Position numbers and translations under genes: made by a program | Part shown: positions 1 to 15,202 of the stretch, piece by piece | How positions within the stretch are numbered: position 1 is the first letter of the stretch | Layout: every line of letters starts with the position of its first letter | Origin: the human T2T-CHM13v2.0 reference genome, Homo sapiens | NCBI RefSeq assembly: GCF_009914755.1 | Contig: NC_060929.1 | Direction: 5' to 3' (one strand) | Length of the DNA: 64,000 nucleotides | Notes under the pieces: model-generated | Database searches by the model: none | The model's input: the letters and a program-made list of their open reading frames with translations, nothing else | Told to the model about the DNA's origin: nothing

Positions 1-1474
1 AGACCATCTTGGCCCTTGTCAGGGCAGCCATTTGCCATTGCAGATGAAGGGTGGGGGAGAGGCCAGAGACTCCTTCAGACTGTGTTGGAAATGTCATGAA
101 AATGGAAATTCTCACAACCTGAGAGTCATAGACCTGGATTTGGGTTTCTGCTGTGTCATTAAGTTCTTGCAAACCAGGCAAGTCATGTAACCTTTCTGGT
201 CCCCAGTTGTCTTCTCTGTAAAATGAAGCTGTTAAGAGCTCTGATCTCATCACGTTGCCATGAGAAAGGAATAGGACAAGGTCCAGGAGGGAGCTTGCAT
301 ATAATGAGTGCTAGGAAATGTCAGCTATCATTATCCTTGTTAATATGAACCTGTGTTTAGTGGGTTGATTTTCTGAACTTTGATAGCAGTTGGGGTTTCA
401 CGGAGCATTTGGGATGAATAAACAAGCATCTCTGGATAGCTGTTGTGTAGACACTATATGAGGTACTTCATAATCATTTTGTATTTGCTGTTCCTCTATC
501 ATATGGGCTAGATGAACACCTCTCCTTCTTCTCCAGCCAAGAGAAGTGTGATGCAGAGAGAATGGACAGCTTACCAAAGCAAATCTGTGGCTTAGTCAAT
601 AATAAAACCCTCAGTCCCGAAATACCAGTTTATAATGTCATCCCCATTTCCAAGGGGCCCAGCCTCCCTCAAAACATTAAAAAATAAAAAGGACAAAACT
701 CACATTTCTACTAGACAGACAATATCCCGGCATCTCTGGAAGAACAGTTAGCAATCCCAGCATGCGGGTTTGTGTATTAAGGTGCTTGGATATGAAGAAG
801 GAATGTCAACCCTGTGGAGCTCATTTCATATGTCAGACTCCATTCTGGATCTTGAAAGGGGGCCATGGAGGCCCCAGCATGCCCCAAGCACCACGCAGGA
901 AGCAGGCAGGGGAGCAGGGCCCAGGATATGCAAAGCGACCCAGTTGGTATCACAGCCAAAGGGCAGGAAGAAAACAGTCACTTGCCCCAGTGCTAGCCTT
1001 CAAGGGCCAAGTTTTTGCAGAGCCTACACTAGGACAATGTAAAACTTGTTTCTTTTTGCATTTTTTCTTTTTAAGGATGTGGTCTATTTCTAGAGGTTCC
1101 ATGTACTTGCCAGCTCCCTTTGATCCCACATAAACAGTCCAAAAGGAACCATTCTCCCATTTGCACTGTTTGCTCCCTGTTTCAGCACCACCGATGGCTC
1201 TCATGGTCCTGTGACCACATCATTAGTATTCTACACCTGGCTCCACTCACAACCCAGCTGTTGGCAGGCAAAGGAGTCCTCCTTTATGGGAAGGAGATGA
1301 TGCAAGAGAACATCACCAAAGGCCCCAGGACATGACTGGTGTCTGATAAGGGAGGAAAAGGCTTGGAGGTGAGTTAAAATCTTGAATCCAAGAAGCTATA
1401 CTAAGAGATAAGTCTGCCTTGGTATCTAGCATCTTCAGGAAGGTGCACATTGCAGTCAAGATGTCATTTATCAG

Positions 1475-1759
<285 letters not shown>

Positions 1760-2407
1760 TCATGAGGCTAGAGATAGTTGCCAATAACTATGTCAGTAAA
1801 CTCATCCGTCAAACATGGCCTCTCAAGGGAGTTTTCTTTAACTTTGGCAGGTAGCTCAAAACATGGTTTGCTTTTATCCCTTCAACTCCTCATGGTTTTT
1901 CTCCTTGTTTCTTTTTTTCTAACTGACCTTTCAAAGCCATTTATATCCTTCATGTCCACTGCCCCCTGTCATGTTTAGAGATTAAAGAATCACTATGTTG
2001 GGCGGGGTTGTTTGAAAAATGGAGAATTTTGAATTTATTGGCCTTTGAAAGCAGATTAGGCAACAAGAGGTAAGGAGGAACGTCAGAGTGACTTCTTGCT
2101 TCTCGGAGCTGCCATCTTTTCGCACATAATTCCTCTTCACATTCAAGATCCTGCATTCCTTGGCTCCTTCTTGGCATTGTCAGGTTCAGTGGGCTCTTAT
2201 GAAGTTTGATAAATCTAGATGTTTAGATAGGCCCCTGGGGTGGGGAAGACAGAAGGCAGAACTTTTCCTAGTGTTTCACGATATTGTACTCTTGAACCCT
2301 CAGTGGTGAGAGCAACTTTTCTACAGATCTGTTCCAACCTTTCCAGTTACTAGATTGTAAAATTTTATACAATGTAGGAAGTTTGATAGGCTTGATTTGC
2401 AAAAATT

Positions 2408-2709
2408 ATTTTTCTGTGTGTAACAGGTTCTTGCTCTGTTCCCCAGGCTTTAGTGCAGTGGCACGAATACAGCTCACTGTAGCCTCAAACTCCTGGGCTC
2501 AATCGATCCTCTTGCCTCAGCCTCCTGAGTAGCTCAGACTACAGGCACGCACCACCACGACCAGCTAATTTAAAAATATATATATTTTTAGTAGAGACAA
2601 GGTCTTGCTATGTTGCCCCGGCTGGTCTTCAACTCCTGGGCTTAAGCAGTCCTTCCACCTTGGCCTTCCAAATTTCAGGGATTATAGGCATGAGCCACTG
2701 CGCTGGGCT
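2408..2709 (-). mobile_element. AluJ
   Basis: Diverged Alu with J-type ctcctgggctcaa segments. Confidence 0.85.
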
Positions 2710-3139
2710 GCAAAAATTTTCATTAACACATAACATTTCCAGGCAGAGCATTTGCCTCCAAATCTAATTGCGTTAGGCCCAGCCTATCTAAGGAAGCCCT
2801 CCTGACTTCCTTGTCCTCTATCTCAGACTGAAACATGTTTCTTTCATGACAATTATGATAATTTAGGATTGTGTTTACTTTTTTGTTTACTTGTTATTGT
2901 CTGTCTCACTCCACACAACTGTATATGCACACTAATGTAAACCTCGTAGGGGCCCATTTCAAATTTGTTTTGCTCACATTATCACTGTTACTCATCCTGT
3001 CTTTATTATTATTATTTAATATTTTGCTATATTTAATATTTTGTTAATCACAGATATTTTTGCATTAAATTGGATTTTTGAAAAATACTGCATTAAAATA
3101 TGATATTATATATACATATATATTATATATATATATATA

Positions 3140-3435
<296 letters not shown>

Positions 3436-3599
3436 TTAAAATATGATTTATCTTGAGTGCTTGAGTACATTTTTACCCAAAGCAAGTGCCTCCCACACCT
3501 CACCCTAGTCCCAGCTGTGTTAGCTGGCTGACTTCTCTGAGGTCTGCTAATCGAGCCCTTGGACTGCCATGAGGGGTTATCACGTTAAGTACTTATTAC

Positions 3600-4330
3600 C
3601 AACCCCACTGTCCACAGCAGGTCCAATTCACGAGCAGCTCCTATCTTACCTTCTGAAATAGCCCCATCTTTTGCTCTTGGCCCCCTCCCATCACTTTTAC
3701 ACATAGAGCCAGAGAGATCTTTTAAAGTTTATATCAGATTGGCTACTCCCTAGCTTAAAACCTGTCATGGCTTTCCATTTCCATAAAGTAAAATCCAAAC
3801 CCTTACCATGGCCTATGAGACCCTGTATGGTCTGGCCTCACCTACGGCTCCTCCCTCCCTTTGCCCCTCTATTCCAGCCACTGCATGTACCCTTGGGTCC
3901 TTGAGCCCACTATGATCTCCTCCATATGGCTGCCTTCCTACAAATTGGTCCCTCTGCAGCAGTGCCCTTCCCTAACAGTTTCCCATGGGCTGCCTCCCAT
4001 GCCCCTTTCAGAGGGCAGCTAAAGTACCACCACCTCAGAGGTCTTCCCTGGTCTCCCCAACTAAGGTAAGTTCCTTCTCTACCTCCATGATTCTCTTTTG
4101 CAGCCTCTTGTTCTCTTTCTTCCAACATTCACCATCATCTGTAATTAATTATATATCCATCCATGCGTTTTCTTGTTTGACATCTTTTTCCCACGCTGGA
4201 CTGTAAGCTGCTGGAGGACAGAAGCCATGTTTATTCAACACCTTCTGCGCAGCCCTCAAACGATGGCCAGCACAGAGGAATTGCTCAGATATTTATTGAG
4301 TAAATGAGGGAGGGAGGGAACAAATGAACA
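3600..4330 (+). mobile_element. L2 3' region
   Basis: L2-like text aaaatccaaacccttaccatggcct..., terminal atatttattgagtaaatga. Confidence 0.7.
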
Positions 4331-5007
4331 GATAAATTTCAGCTTGTAGAATCTTGACCTAAGGACTCTGCTACGCACTAAGGGACTTCAGTGTCCCATT
4401 CTGCTCTTTGTTGTGATGAACTTTGCTCTTCTAAAGCAAGTGTTTTTCCCCTAGATTATTTTTATAGAAAAAAGTGAAGCAAATATAGAGATAATTATTG
4501 ATTCTTGCTCATCAAGTCCCTGTTCCCTATCACCAACATCCTCCTGAGAGCCTGCTGCAGAATTCCTGGGAACCACAGGAAATACGTCCACTAACCACTT
4601 GAAAAACACTTATAAAAATAGACCGGACTTGACCTTCTTCCTGTGGAAGGGCCTTTTTCCTCAGGGCAAACATTGCAAAGAAATTTTGTCTCTTCTTAGG
4701 AACCTCTCTTTCCAATCACTTTCCCAGCAGGATTTATCTGGACGTTCTCAGAATCCTGTTCTGAAATTATTTCCCCACTGGCTGGGTCATCACTTGAGCA
4801 AATTGCTTATTTATTATTTCCATGCTATTGTTTTTATATTAAAGTGATAAGATAGAAATCAAGACCTGGGGGAACTATTGGGATATTTCACAGTAGGGGT
4901 AGCTTTATCCTCACCAGGGGTTAACACCCGTTGCCTCAGACTTCAATACAGGTGCACTGCCTTCCTTACTTTGATCATTATCCTCTCAACTCATTCCTTA
5001 CTTTTAA

Positions 5008-5337
<330 letters not shown>

Positions 5338-6003
5338 TAAAGCAAGCTTTATCTCCCTGGTGTAACTGCAAAAATTTCCTATAAATAGAAGGCAGTGATA
5401 AAGATCAATACAATGAAGCACAGCAATGGCATTGACTTCTGCTTAGATGCTGCCTCCTGTCTGCTGGGCTCTTTTGGTTATAAAGAGAGAAGAGCAGTTC
5501 TTCTAGGGAAGTTGAAAACATAATTGTCCCAAGCCAAGGTTTTCTCCTTGAGTAACCAAAATGACTAAGGAGACTTAAAGATGGGGGCTTCTTTTCTCTC
5601 TGCAGTGTTGTTCAAAGATACTTCTCAGTACCACTCAGAATTTCTCTTATCAACAGGGGCACATGTACCATACTTTTGGGAAACAAAGAAATAATATTTA
5701 AGGTCTGTTGCTTTGGTGTTTTATCAATTCAACAAAGCAGGGGACATCAGTCCACTTACAAACCCTTAACCATAAGGGGATGATATAAAAATTAGAAAAT
5801 ACAGATAAACAATAAAAAGTTTTAAGAGATTGTCCATGATCATATCTGCCAGAGATGCCTTCTGTTAACTTTTCTGTTCATAGAGATGTAAGCATCTTAC
5901 AAAGCAGAATCATATATAGTGAACTGTTTTATAACCTGCTCTTTTATGATCTGACTTTACTCAATACATTAGGAATTTCCCCCTCATTAATAAACAGAAA
6001 CCT

Positions 6004-6095
6004 ACACCTTCATTTGTAATGGTTGCATACAGATGGTTCATTTGTAATGGTTGCACCTTCACTTGTAATGGTTGTAATGGTTGTAATGGTTGCAC
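6004..6095. repeat. Imperfect tandem repeat of TTGTAATGG
   Basis: Five copies of ttgtaatggtt, the last three in a direct 9-bp array. Confidence 0.9.
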
Positions 6096-6135
6096 AGGAG
6101 TCCACAATAGGAACATGCAAAACTGTGTCAACTAA

Positions 6136-6436
<301 letters not shown>

Positions 6437-7146
6437 GGTTGTTTACTCTTTATCACTATTATAAGCAAAACTGCTGTAGTCATCTTTGCCAACTATCCCA
6501 TTACTTCCTTGGGAAGAATTTATGGAAATGGAATTACTGGGGGAAAGCACATGCATTTTATTAAGGCTTTTACTCAGACATTTCCGAATGTGTGTACCTT
6601 TTACAGGCTTGAGTTCCATTTTTATTCCTTGACTTCTCTCTACTTCCTTTCTGATGTATATGTCTGCTCTTTAAGGTAGAAGAGAAATTAATGTGAAAGT
6701 TTTAGATCTGCTGACTTTGGTGTCAAAATCTCCTTGTAAAAAAGAGGCTTGCTTCCTTTGCCTAAACTTCCTCTGAAGACATACAGTAGCATTCATGGAA
6801 TTTCCCTGCACCCATTTTTGTGCACGTGCCCTACCTGAGGGATGCTCTTCCAGCAGTGTGGGCCTGTGACTCTTGCCGGAGTCCAGTGTGCCCCAGGCTC
6901 ACGGGGAGCAGAATGCCCACTGCAGCATTGGCTGAAAGCAGCTTTGGACTTGCCTTTTGCCTTTGACTCTTTGGGGCCCAATTTACTGCTTTGCTATACC
7001 ACCATTAGAGGTGTCTCAGCTCCGACCTCTGTTCGAAGCTCATCCCCTGACTTCTGACCTCTCCTCCACTCCTGGCATCTGTTCAAAGCTCAGCTCCTCC
7101 ATGAATCTCCAGGCACTAATGACTCTGTTGAATCAAGACCTCCCTC

Positions 7147-7486
<340 letters not shown>

Positions 7487-8349
7487 TTATGTGTGCTCCT
7501 TTTATCCACTGTGACCACATCTCCCACTTATTAAATGCAGGGCTTTTGTGCCTGGCACAGAGCATAGTGTATTGAAGTAATACTTGCTGAAATAAGAATC
7601 CAGCCAGTCTCCCAGATTGAAGTGAGGCTTGGCACAGCCAAGTTAAAAATGGCAGACGGTTGTGAATTCTTGCTCACTTAGCATTCCAAACGGTATCCTT
7701 GTATTTAAAATAAGAGACAGCCTAGATTCAGGGTAAGAACCATGGCTGGAATTCAGACCCCTTGCCACTAAGCAGATGTGTGACTATAGGCCAGTTGCTA
7801 GCCGCTCTGAGTCTGGTTCCTCATCTGAATAGTACTTACTCATAGAGTTGCAAAGATCAAATTTGATAATAACGTGTAGAGGGAATAGTCCAGTACGCAG
7901 CATATGATAAGCTTACCACAAATAGTATTATTAATGTCTTTCATCCTTTGGGAGTTCACAAAATAATGAAGCCTCCCTCCTCAGTTTGGACTGCAGAGCT
8001 CCTGGCTCCTACACTTTTGTGGATAATGGTACTGTTTGACTTTCTCTAAAAATCTGCTGACTGTGCCTTTCCATGGAGAAGAGAAAATAGTTGCTTTGGT
8101 TATTGCTTTTTTTTTCTTTTTTTTTTTTCCACGACTCCTTGTAACAAAGTAACAAACAGTCAGGCTGAGTAATTAGCCAGAACAGGATAAGTCTCACCAG
8201 ATGTCCCCAGGTCGATTGCTCGTTGTTGCACAAAGCTGTATAATTTGGAGTACTTCTTTTGATTTTCTTGTACCTTTTCCACTTAATTTAAGTATCGGAA
8301 AGGCAGGGGCTGAATGTCTTAAGGGAGACTTACACTATAATGGTTGATA

Positions 8350-8580
8350 CTAGACTCCAGAGTCCGGGAGACCTGGCTCCCCCTGTGGCTCTGCACTAAC
8401 TTGCTGGGTGACTTTGGGTAAGTCACTCCACTCCCTTGTGCCTCAATTTTCTTCAGTTTTCTTGTCCACAGAATGGGGATGATAACAGTACCTCGTAGGG
8501 TGTTGGGGAGGATTAAATGAGATAATGCATGTAAAACACCTGGCACATACTAAGGTCTCAGTAAATGTGAGTTACCGTCA
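8350..8580 (+). mobile_element. MIR
   Basis: MIR core gtgactttgggtaagtcac...aatggggatgataacagtacc...attaaatgagataatgcatgtaaa. Confidence 0.8.
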
Positions 8581-10435
8581 TCTTCATCTTGCTCAAATCC
8601 ACCGCCATCATCACCTTTCTATTGTACCTGGCACAGGCCCTTCCCTATGGGAGCAGCTCAGTCAGTGTCGACTTAAGTGAATAAAATGAATAGAATATGC
8701 CCCCCCGCCCCTTCCACAGAAGGTGAAATCAACAATCTTCATTTTTCTGCATGTCCGAAGTCAAGCTTATGGTGCTTTATTTTAAATGAGGTTTGCAGCG
8801 CCTGACGCTGGAATTCCCAGTTACAGACCTGAGCTTCTTACCCAAGCTGCATCTTGTGTTACAAGGCACAGGACATACCATGGCACTCCCACCCTGAGCT
8901 TTCTTCCCCAAAGTAGGGCCCACCTGCCTGGGAATCACATAGGTTCCCCCAACAAAGGGTTCTGACTTGCTGGGCTGAGTCGGGGCTGGCACCCACATGT
9001 TCAACAAGATTCCACAGAGGATTCTGATGTGAGACTCCCTAGTCTGGGTGATATTTTTTCTACATCAAGATAGAAGAAAGCAGTGCAGCCTAGAAAGGAA
9101 GGGAAGGCTTGATTATTTTTCTCTTTTTAGCAAAGCCACTGAAATATGTCCAAATCTACTCTTGTTTTATTTAAAAGCGGTGGCCCTGGGGACACTGCCC
9201 ATTTTGATATGTTTATTTTTTTCTATTTCTTTCCATTACTTGTATTTCCTTTATTGAATTACTGTTTGTTGCTGCTGGTGGGAAGAAAATAAAACAGAGG
9301 GTGAGGCAACATAAGTGAAGACTCCCCCTCCTTCTTGCTCTGTTTTGCTGTGTGAGGCTGGAGCCGGATTTTCTGCTTCTGCAGTGAGACGAGAGGCACG
9401 GGCCACTAGCAGGTACACCAATGCATCTGCACCTTATCTGATTTGCTCCACAGTTCTGCTTTGCTGACCATGATGGTGCCTGGTGGAAAGGCCCAGCTTT
9501 CTCTGAACTGAGCCAGAAACCGGATCTCAAAAACTGGGACCTAATCACAACACACAAGCCCATAATATGATGACATCAGGCCTTTAGGGTGAGGAAGGGA
9601 GGTGGCTCAGGATTACCATGAGGTCCTGTTACATTTCAGTTTGTCTCTGCCTCTTATTTTATTTGGTAAAATTGTTCCCAGCTGTTTAACAATCGGAGGA
9701 CTCATTCATTCACTTGTCACATATTCAGTGAGTACCTACTATGTGCCAGACATAAGGAATATTGTGAATAACAAGGCAGGCACAGAGAGGCTCTCTTGAA
9801 GTTTGAATTCTGGTGGGGAAGACCTTTCCCCATGCAAGCGATTTTGAATGAACTGAGTATTATAGTGGCAAAGTCCAGGTTGCCCTGAGAGCCAGGTAAT
9901 AAGCAATCTATAGGACCTGGGAGACTTCGGAAGACTTCTTAGAGGAAGGGGTATTTCTATTACTAGTGAGTAGAGAGAGGGAGGTTGCAGGTAAATGTGC
10001 AGAGGTCATGAGTCCAGAAAGAGCAAGTTTTACTTGGGGGAACTGAACAGAGTCCATTATGGATGAGGGGAGAAGGCTGTGGCTGGGGAAGCTGGCAGGG
10101 CCAGGCTACACAGGGTCCTGTAGGCACCTGTCTGAAGAACTGTGGGAAACTATGGAATACTCAGGCTGGGATGTGATGTTATCAGATTTGCATTTTTAAA
10201 ATGTCATTCTGGCTGCTGAGTGACTAATTGGAGGAAAGGCAAGGAAATCAGCTGCAATTGCCCAAGTAAGAGGTCTTGGGACCTCAGATCAAGTGGTATA
10301 TGTGGGTATGGGCTAAATGCTGTGTCCACTGCTCACAGCTTTCCAGCCAGGACACCTTGAGTATGTCAGCCCAGCGGCCCTCTCTGGGAGAGACAGTGGC
10401 ATTTAGCCAGCGCACGGTACTGGCAGATGAACTAA

Positions 10436-10859
<424 letters not shown>

Positions 10860-11751
10860 ACCATGGCATCTTAATAGTTGACAAACAGTGCTGGGAGCCA
10901 GAGCTCCCTCATTGCCTGCCATGCAGCCTGGGCATCCAGGACTGTCGTCCCTGCTCTTCTGCACCCTGCCTTGGACTCACCAGATGACTGGACACATTGT
11001 CTCTCCCTTGGTGTGAGTATGATCTCAAGAACCCAATTGACAAGTCATGCTACTGTAGTTTATAACATCTACAAAACAGTGCCATTTGTGAGGGAGGTTT
11101 AAGGGCAGGACAGAGCCTGGAGGGGAAAGGGTGGACCAGCTGGCTCTCAAGTTGCCTTCTGGTCTTATGACTCTGTGGGGCTTGGTGATGCTAGAGGAGA
11201 AAGCTGAGACCATCTGTGGGGGCTTCATTCACCTACTCAGCAAATGGTCATTAAGAATCTACTATGTTCTGGCTGCATCCTCAGACAGCGAACAAAGCAT
11301 GGCAGTGAACAAAGCCGGCAGAGCTTTCATTCCAGTCATTTCCTGAGGACAGCTGGTGACCCACTCTGCCCCCAAGCTCTCCTGGTCTTTGTACTGAGTA
11401 AAGACAGATGGCCTGAGAGTTCCCCAGCTTTGAACCATCAGTGGCCTCAAACAAGAGTGAACTCCTTTTAGTTCTCACATGTGCCATGCTTACTCTCACC
11501 TTGAGCCTTTGAACTTGCTTTTCCGTTGGCATGGACCTCTCTTTGCCAACAATGCCACCACCTCCACCTGCTACGACCCCCAGGATATTCCTTCTTCTCC
11601 CTCAGACTTCACCCCGGAGGCCTCGCACTAGTTATTTGAGTGTTTCCTCTGACTTTGCTCCATAGGGCAGAACCCCTATCTTGCTCAGCTTTTTATCCCA
11701 TGTCTAGCATAAGCCTGGCACATAATATGTGCTTAATAAATATGTGTTGAC

Positions 11752-13130
11752 TCACACAAAGTACAAAGATCAACTCAAAATGAATTGAAGTCTCACATGT
11801 AAGACCAGAGTTTGTAAATCTGCTAGAAGAAAACATAGGGGAAAGCTTCTTGATGCAGGTCTGGGTAATCATTTTTTGGATATGATTCCAAAAGCACAGA
11901 CAACAAAAGCAAAAATAGTTCAATGGAATTGCATCAGACTAAAACGTTTCTGGGCAGCAAAGAAAACAGAGTGAAGAGAAAACCTATGCAATGGGAGAAA
12001 ATATTTGCAAACACATCTGATAAGGTGTTAATATCCAGAATATGTAAGGAACCCAAACAACTCAACAGTAAGAAAGCAATCCCATTAAAAATGGGTAAAG
12101 GACCTGAACAGATAATTCTCAAAAGAAGACATACAAATGGCCAGCAGGTACAGGTAAAAATGCTCAACATTGCTAATCATTAGGGAAACACAAATTAAAA
12201 CCACAATGAGATACCACCTCATGCATGTTAGAATAGCTAATATCAAAAAGACAAAAGATAACAAGTATTGGTGAGGATGTGGAGAAAGGGAAACCCTAAT
12301 ACACTATTGTGGAAATAAAAATTGGTACAGCCATTATGGAAAACAGTATAGAGGTTCCTCAAAAAAATAAAAATAGCACTACCACATGATCCAGCAATCC
12401 TACTATTGGGTATATATTCAAAGGAATTGCAATCAGTATCTCAAATAGATATCTGCACTCCTGTGTGCATTGCTACATTATTCACAATAGCCAAGATATG
12501 GAATCAACCTAAGTGTCCATTTACAGATGAAATGGACACTTCATTTCATCTGTATCACACATGAAATCTGTAACACATTTCTTCTAAAGAAAATGTGGTA
12601 TATACAGACAATGGAATACTATTAATCCATAAAAAGAGGAAAATCCTGTCATTTATGACAACATGGATGAACCTAGAGGACATTATGCTAAGTGAAATAA
12701 ACCAGACACAGAAAGACAAATACCACATGATCTCACTTATATGTGGAATCTAAAAAAAGTCAAACTCATTGAAGTAGAGAGTAGAATGGTGGTTGCCAGG
12801 AGCTGGGGAGAGGTGACTGGAAATGAGATGTTGGTTAAAGGGTACAAGGTTTCAGTTAGACGAAATGAATAGGTTCTAGAGATCTATTGTACAGCATGGT
12901 GACTATAGTCAGTAATGTGTGGTATACTTGAAGATTGCCAAGAGGGTAGATCTGACATGTTTTCACCACACACACACAAAACGATAATGTTGCGAGGTGA
13001 TGGATATGTTAACCAGCTTGATCATAGTAATCATTTCACAATGGACACATAGATCAAAACATCACATCATATTCCCTAAATATGTGCAACTTTTATTTGT
13101 CAATAATACCTTAATAAAGCTGGAAAAAAA
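11752..13130 (+). mobile_element. L1MA-type LINE-1 3' end (ORF2 tail + 3'UTR)
   Basis: ORF 11923-12183 has L1 ORF2 remnant (RVKRKPMQWEKIFAN); L1MA-like 3'UTR ends aataaagctggaaaaaaa. Confidence 0.9.
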
Positions 13131-14942
13131 TAGTTGTTGAGAGAAAGGATGGTGGGAGGGATAAATGATGATCTGTCCCATCCAGTGTTGCATATCAGTT
13201 TACCTGAAAAGATGCATGCTGGCTCAAGTCTCTTCACAAACCAAAGTCTGTTAAACTCTGCTAATTTGTCAATTGCCATACTGAACCCAAGTATGAGTAT
13301 TTTTGATTAAGTCACTTTGGAATGAATCATATATATTTTCTAAAACCCTGGACCCCTCTTCACAAAAACAAACCAGAGAGAGGAAGAAACTCGAGAAGAA
13401 GAGACTGAATTAGACTATTATTCATTAATTCGTTCAACAAATATGTATTAAATACTGTGATTTATCAGGCACTGGGAACACAGGGGTAAACAAGAAAAGC
13501 AAAGACCCTGCTTTCCTTGTCAATTTTTATTCCTATAGGGGGAGGTATTAAATTTTTAAAAGTGAACAGCTAAGAAAATCTAAAATGGTGCTAATTCCCG
13601 TATCTCCTGGTAGAAAGGAGCCCATGGGGGCTGGAAGGGGAGAGTGCACCAGGAGGTGGAGTATGGTGGGGGGGGGGGTCTCTCTGAGAAGCGGCATTGG
13701 AGCTGAGGCCTTTGCCAGGTGGGGTCAGGGTTGTGCACAGAGCCACATGCACCTAAGCCTGTCTTGTGGGCTTGTGATGCGCATGAGCAGGGAGATGGCC
13801 TGTCTCAGAGAAGAAACAGCAGGATGCGGTACCTTCTTCCAGCTGTTATCCAAGAATAGGCAAGAGACTCGAAATAATCCACCAATTGAGGGGTAGGGCA
13901 CAAGAGTTAATACAATCTTTTTAAAGTCAAATGCTTCTCAGAGAACCAATGCTGCCTCCATCTGAACCTGTCCTCATCCCCACCAAACCAAAAGTCATTT
14001 CCTCCTGTGACATCCTGTGCATATTGGCTGTGGCTGTTTGTGGCAGTCACTGTATTCTACCCTGCAATTAGAGCTATTTGCATCCTCCGTTTGGCCTCCC
14101 TTGGGAATCTTCAACTCCTCGAAGGCAGGGATTGGATCTTGTGCACTCCCTTCCCCCACAGACATAGACTCTCTCCATATACTTAGTAGATGCTCGGTGA
14201 ATATCTGTTGGTGTTTATTCAGTTGAATACTAGGATTTCTGGATAACACTTTGGAGACATACATATTACAAAAGGAGAAGAGTTTTGATTGCAGGGAAGG
14301 GAAAGATAATTTGGGCGTATAGAGATCCCACACTTAGGTGGTTCTTCTAATGGAGAATGTTGAATGCTTTGAGACTTTCCAGTGGAGATTGGCCAGGATA
14401 ACAAAAGAAGTTGTGAGGGCCACAAAAAGAAGATCGGGCAATGAGGACTAACTGCCTATTTTGCTGTTTTGGTCTTAGTGGTTAAAAAGCCATTGAGAAT
14501 TATTTTGCGTGCTTCCTCCAACTCTTGGTCCTTGTTTGATCTGAGATTTCTGCTGTCTGGTTAGCTGGTTGATTTAGGGTTCACTTAGGGTTTCTTTTCT
14601 TCTTGTGTTTGTCATTTCCTTTTTCTGTGGGGGTTAATTTTCTATATATTCAGAATGTTTTTGTCTTGAATAATCTAAATATATACAGCTAGAATGTATT
14701 TTTTATTTAATTAGTATTTTTGAAGTATTTTCACTTTAAGCTGAAATTCATTTTAAATGGAACTTGACATCAATAATGAAAATGAAAAACCAGTATCACT
14801 TGCCACAGATGGTCATTGTAAAGGTAAATTTGTTGTAAAAACATATTGTAATGAATTGAATCTAATTTATTTGTACTATATTATTGAGTACTTTGTTATC
14901 TCATGATTTATTATAGCAGCACCACCGTATAAACAGTGTTAT

Positions 14943-15202
14943 TTCCATTTTTACAGATGATAAAACTGAGATCTTGAGAAATTAACTCCCAGGGCTAAGA
15001 GGTATTTTAGGCATCCGAATAATTATTCAATTTCGGTTTACAAATGGAATACATAAAGAGAATCTTATGATTCCATTTTTACAGATGATAAAACTGAGAT
15101 CTTGAGAAATTAGGTCACTCCCAGGGCTAAGAGGTATTTCAGGCATCTGAATTATTATTCAGTTTCGGTTTACAAATGGAATATGTAAAGAGAATCTTAT
15201 GA
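14943..15202. repeat. Tandem duplication of a ~130-bp unit
   Basis: 14943-15070 vs 15071-15202 differ by about 6 substitutions and one 4-bp indel. Confidence 0.95.
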
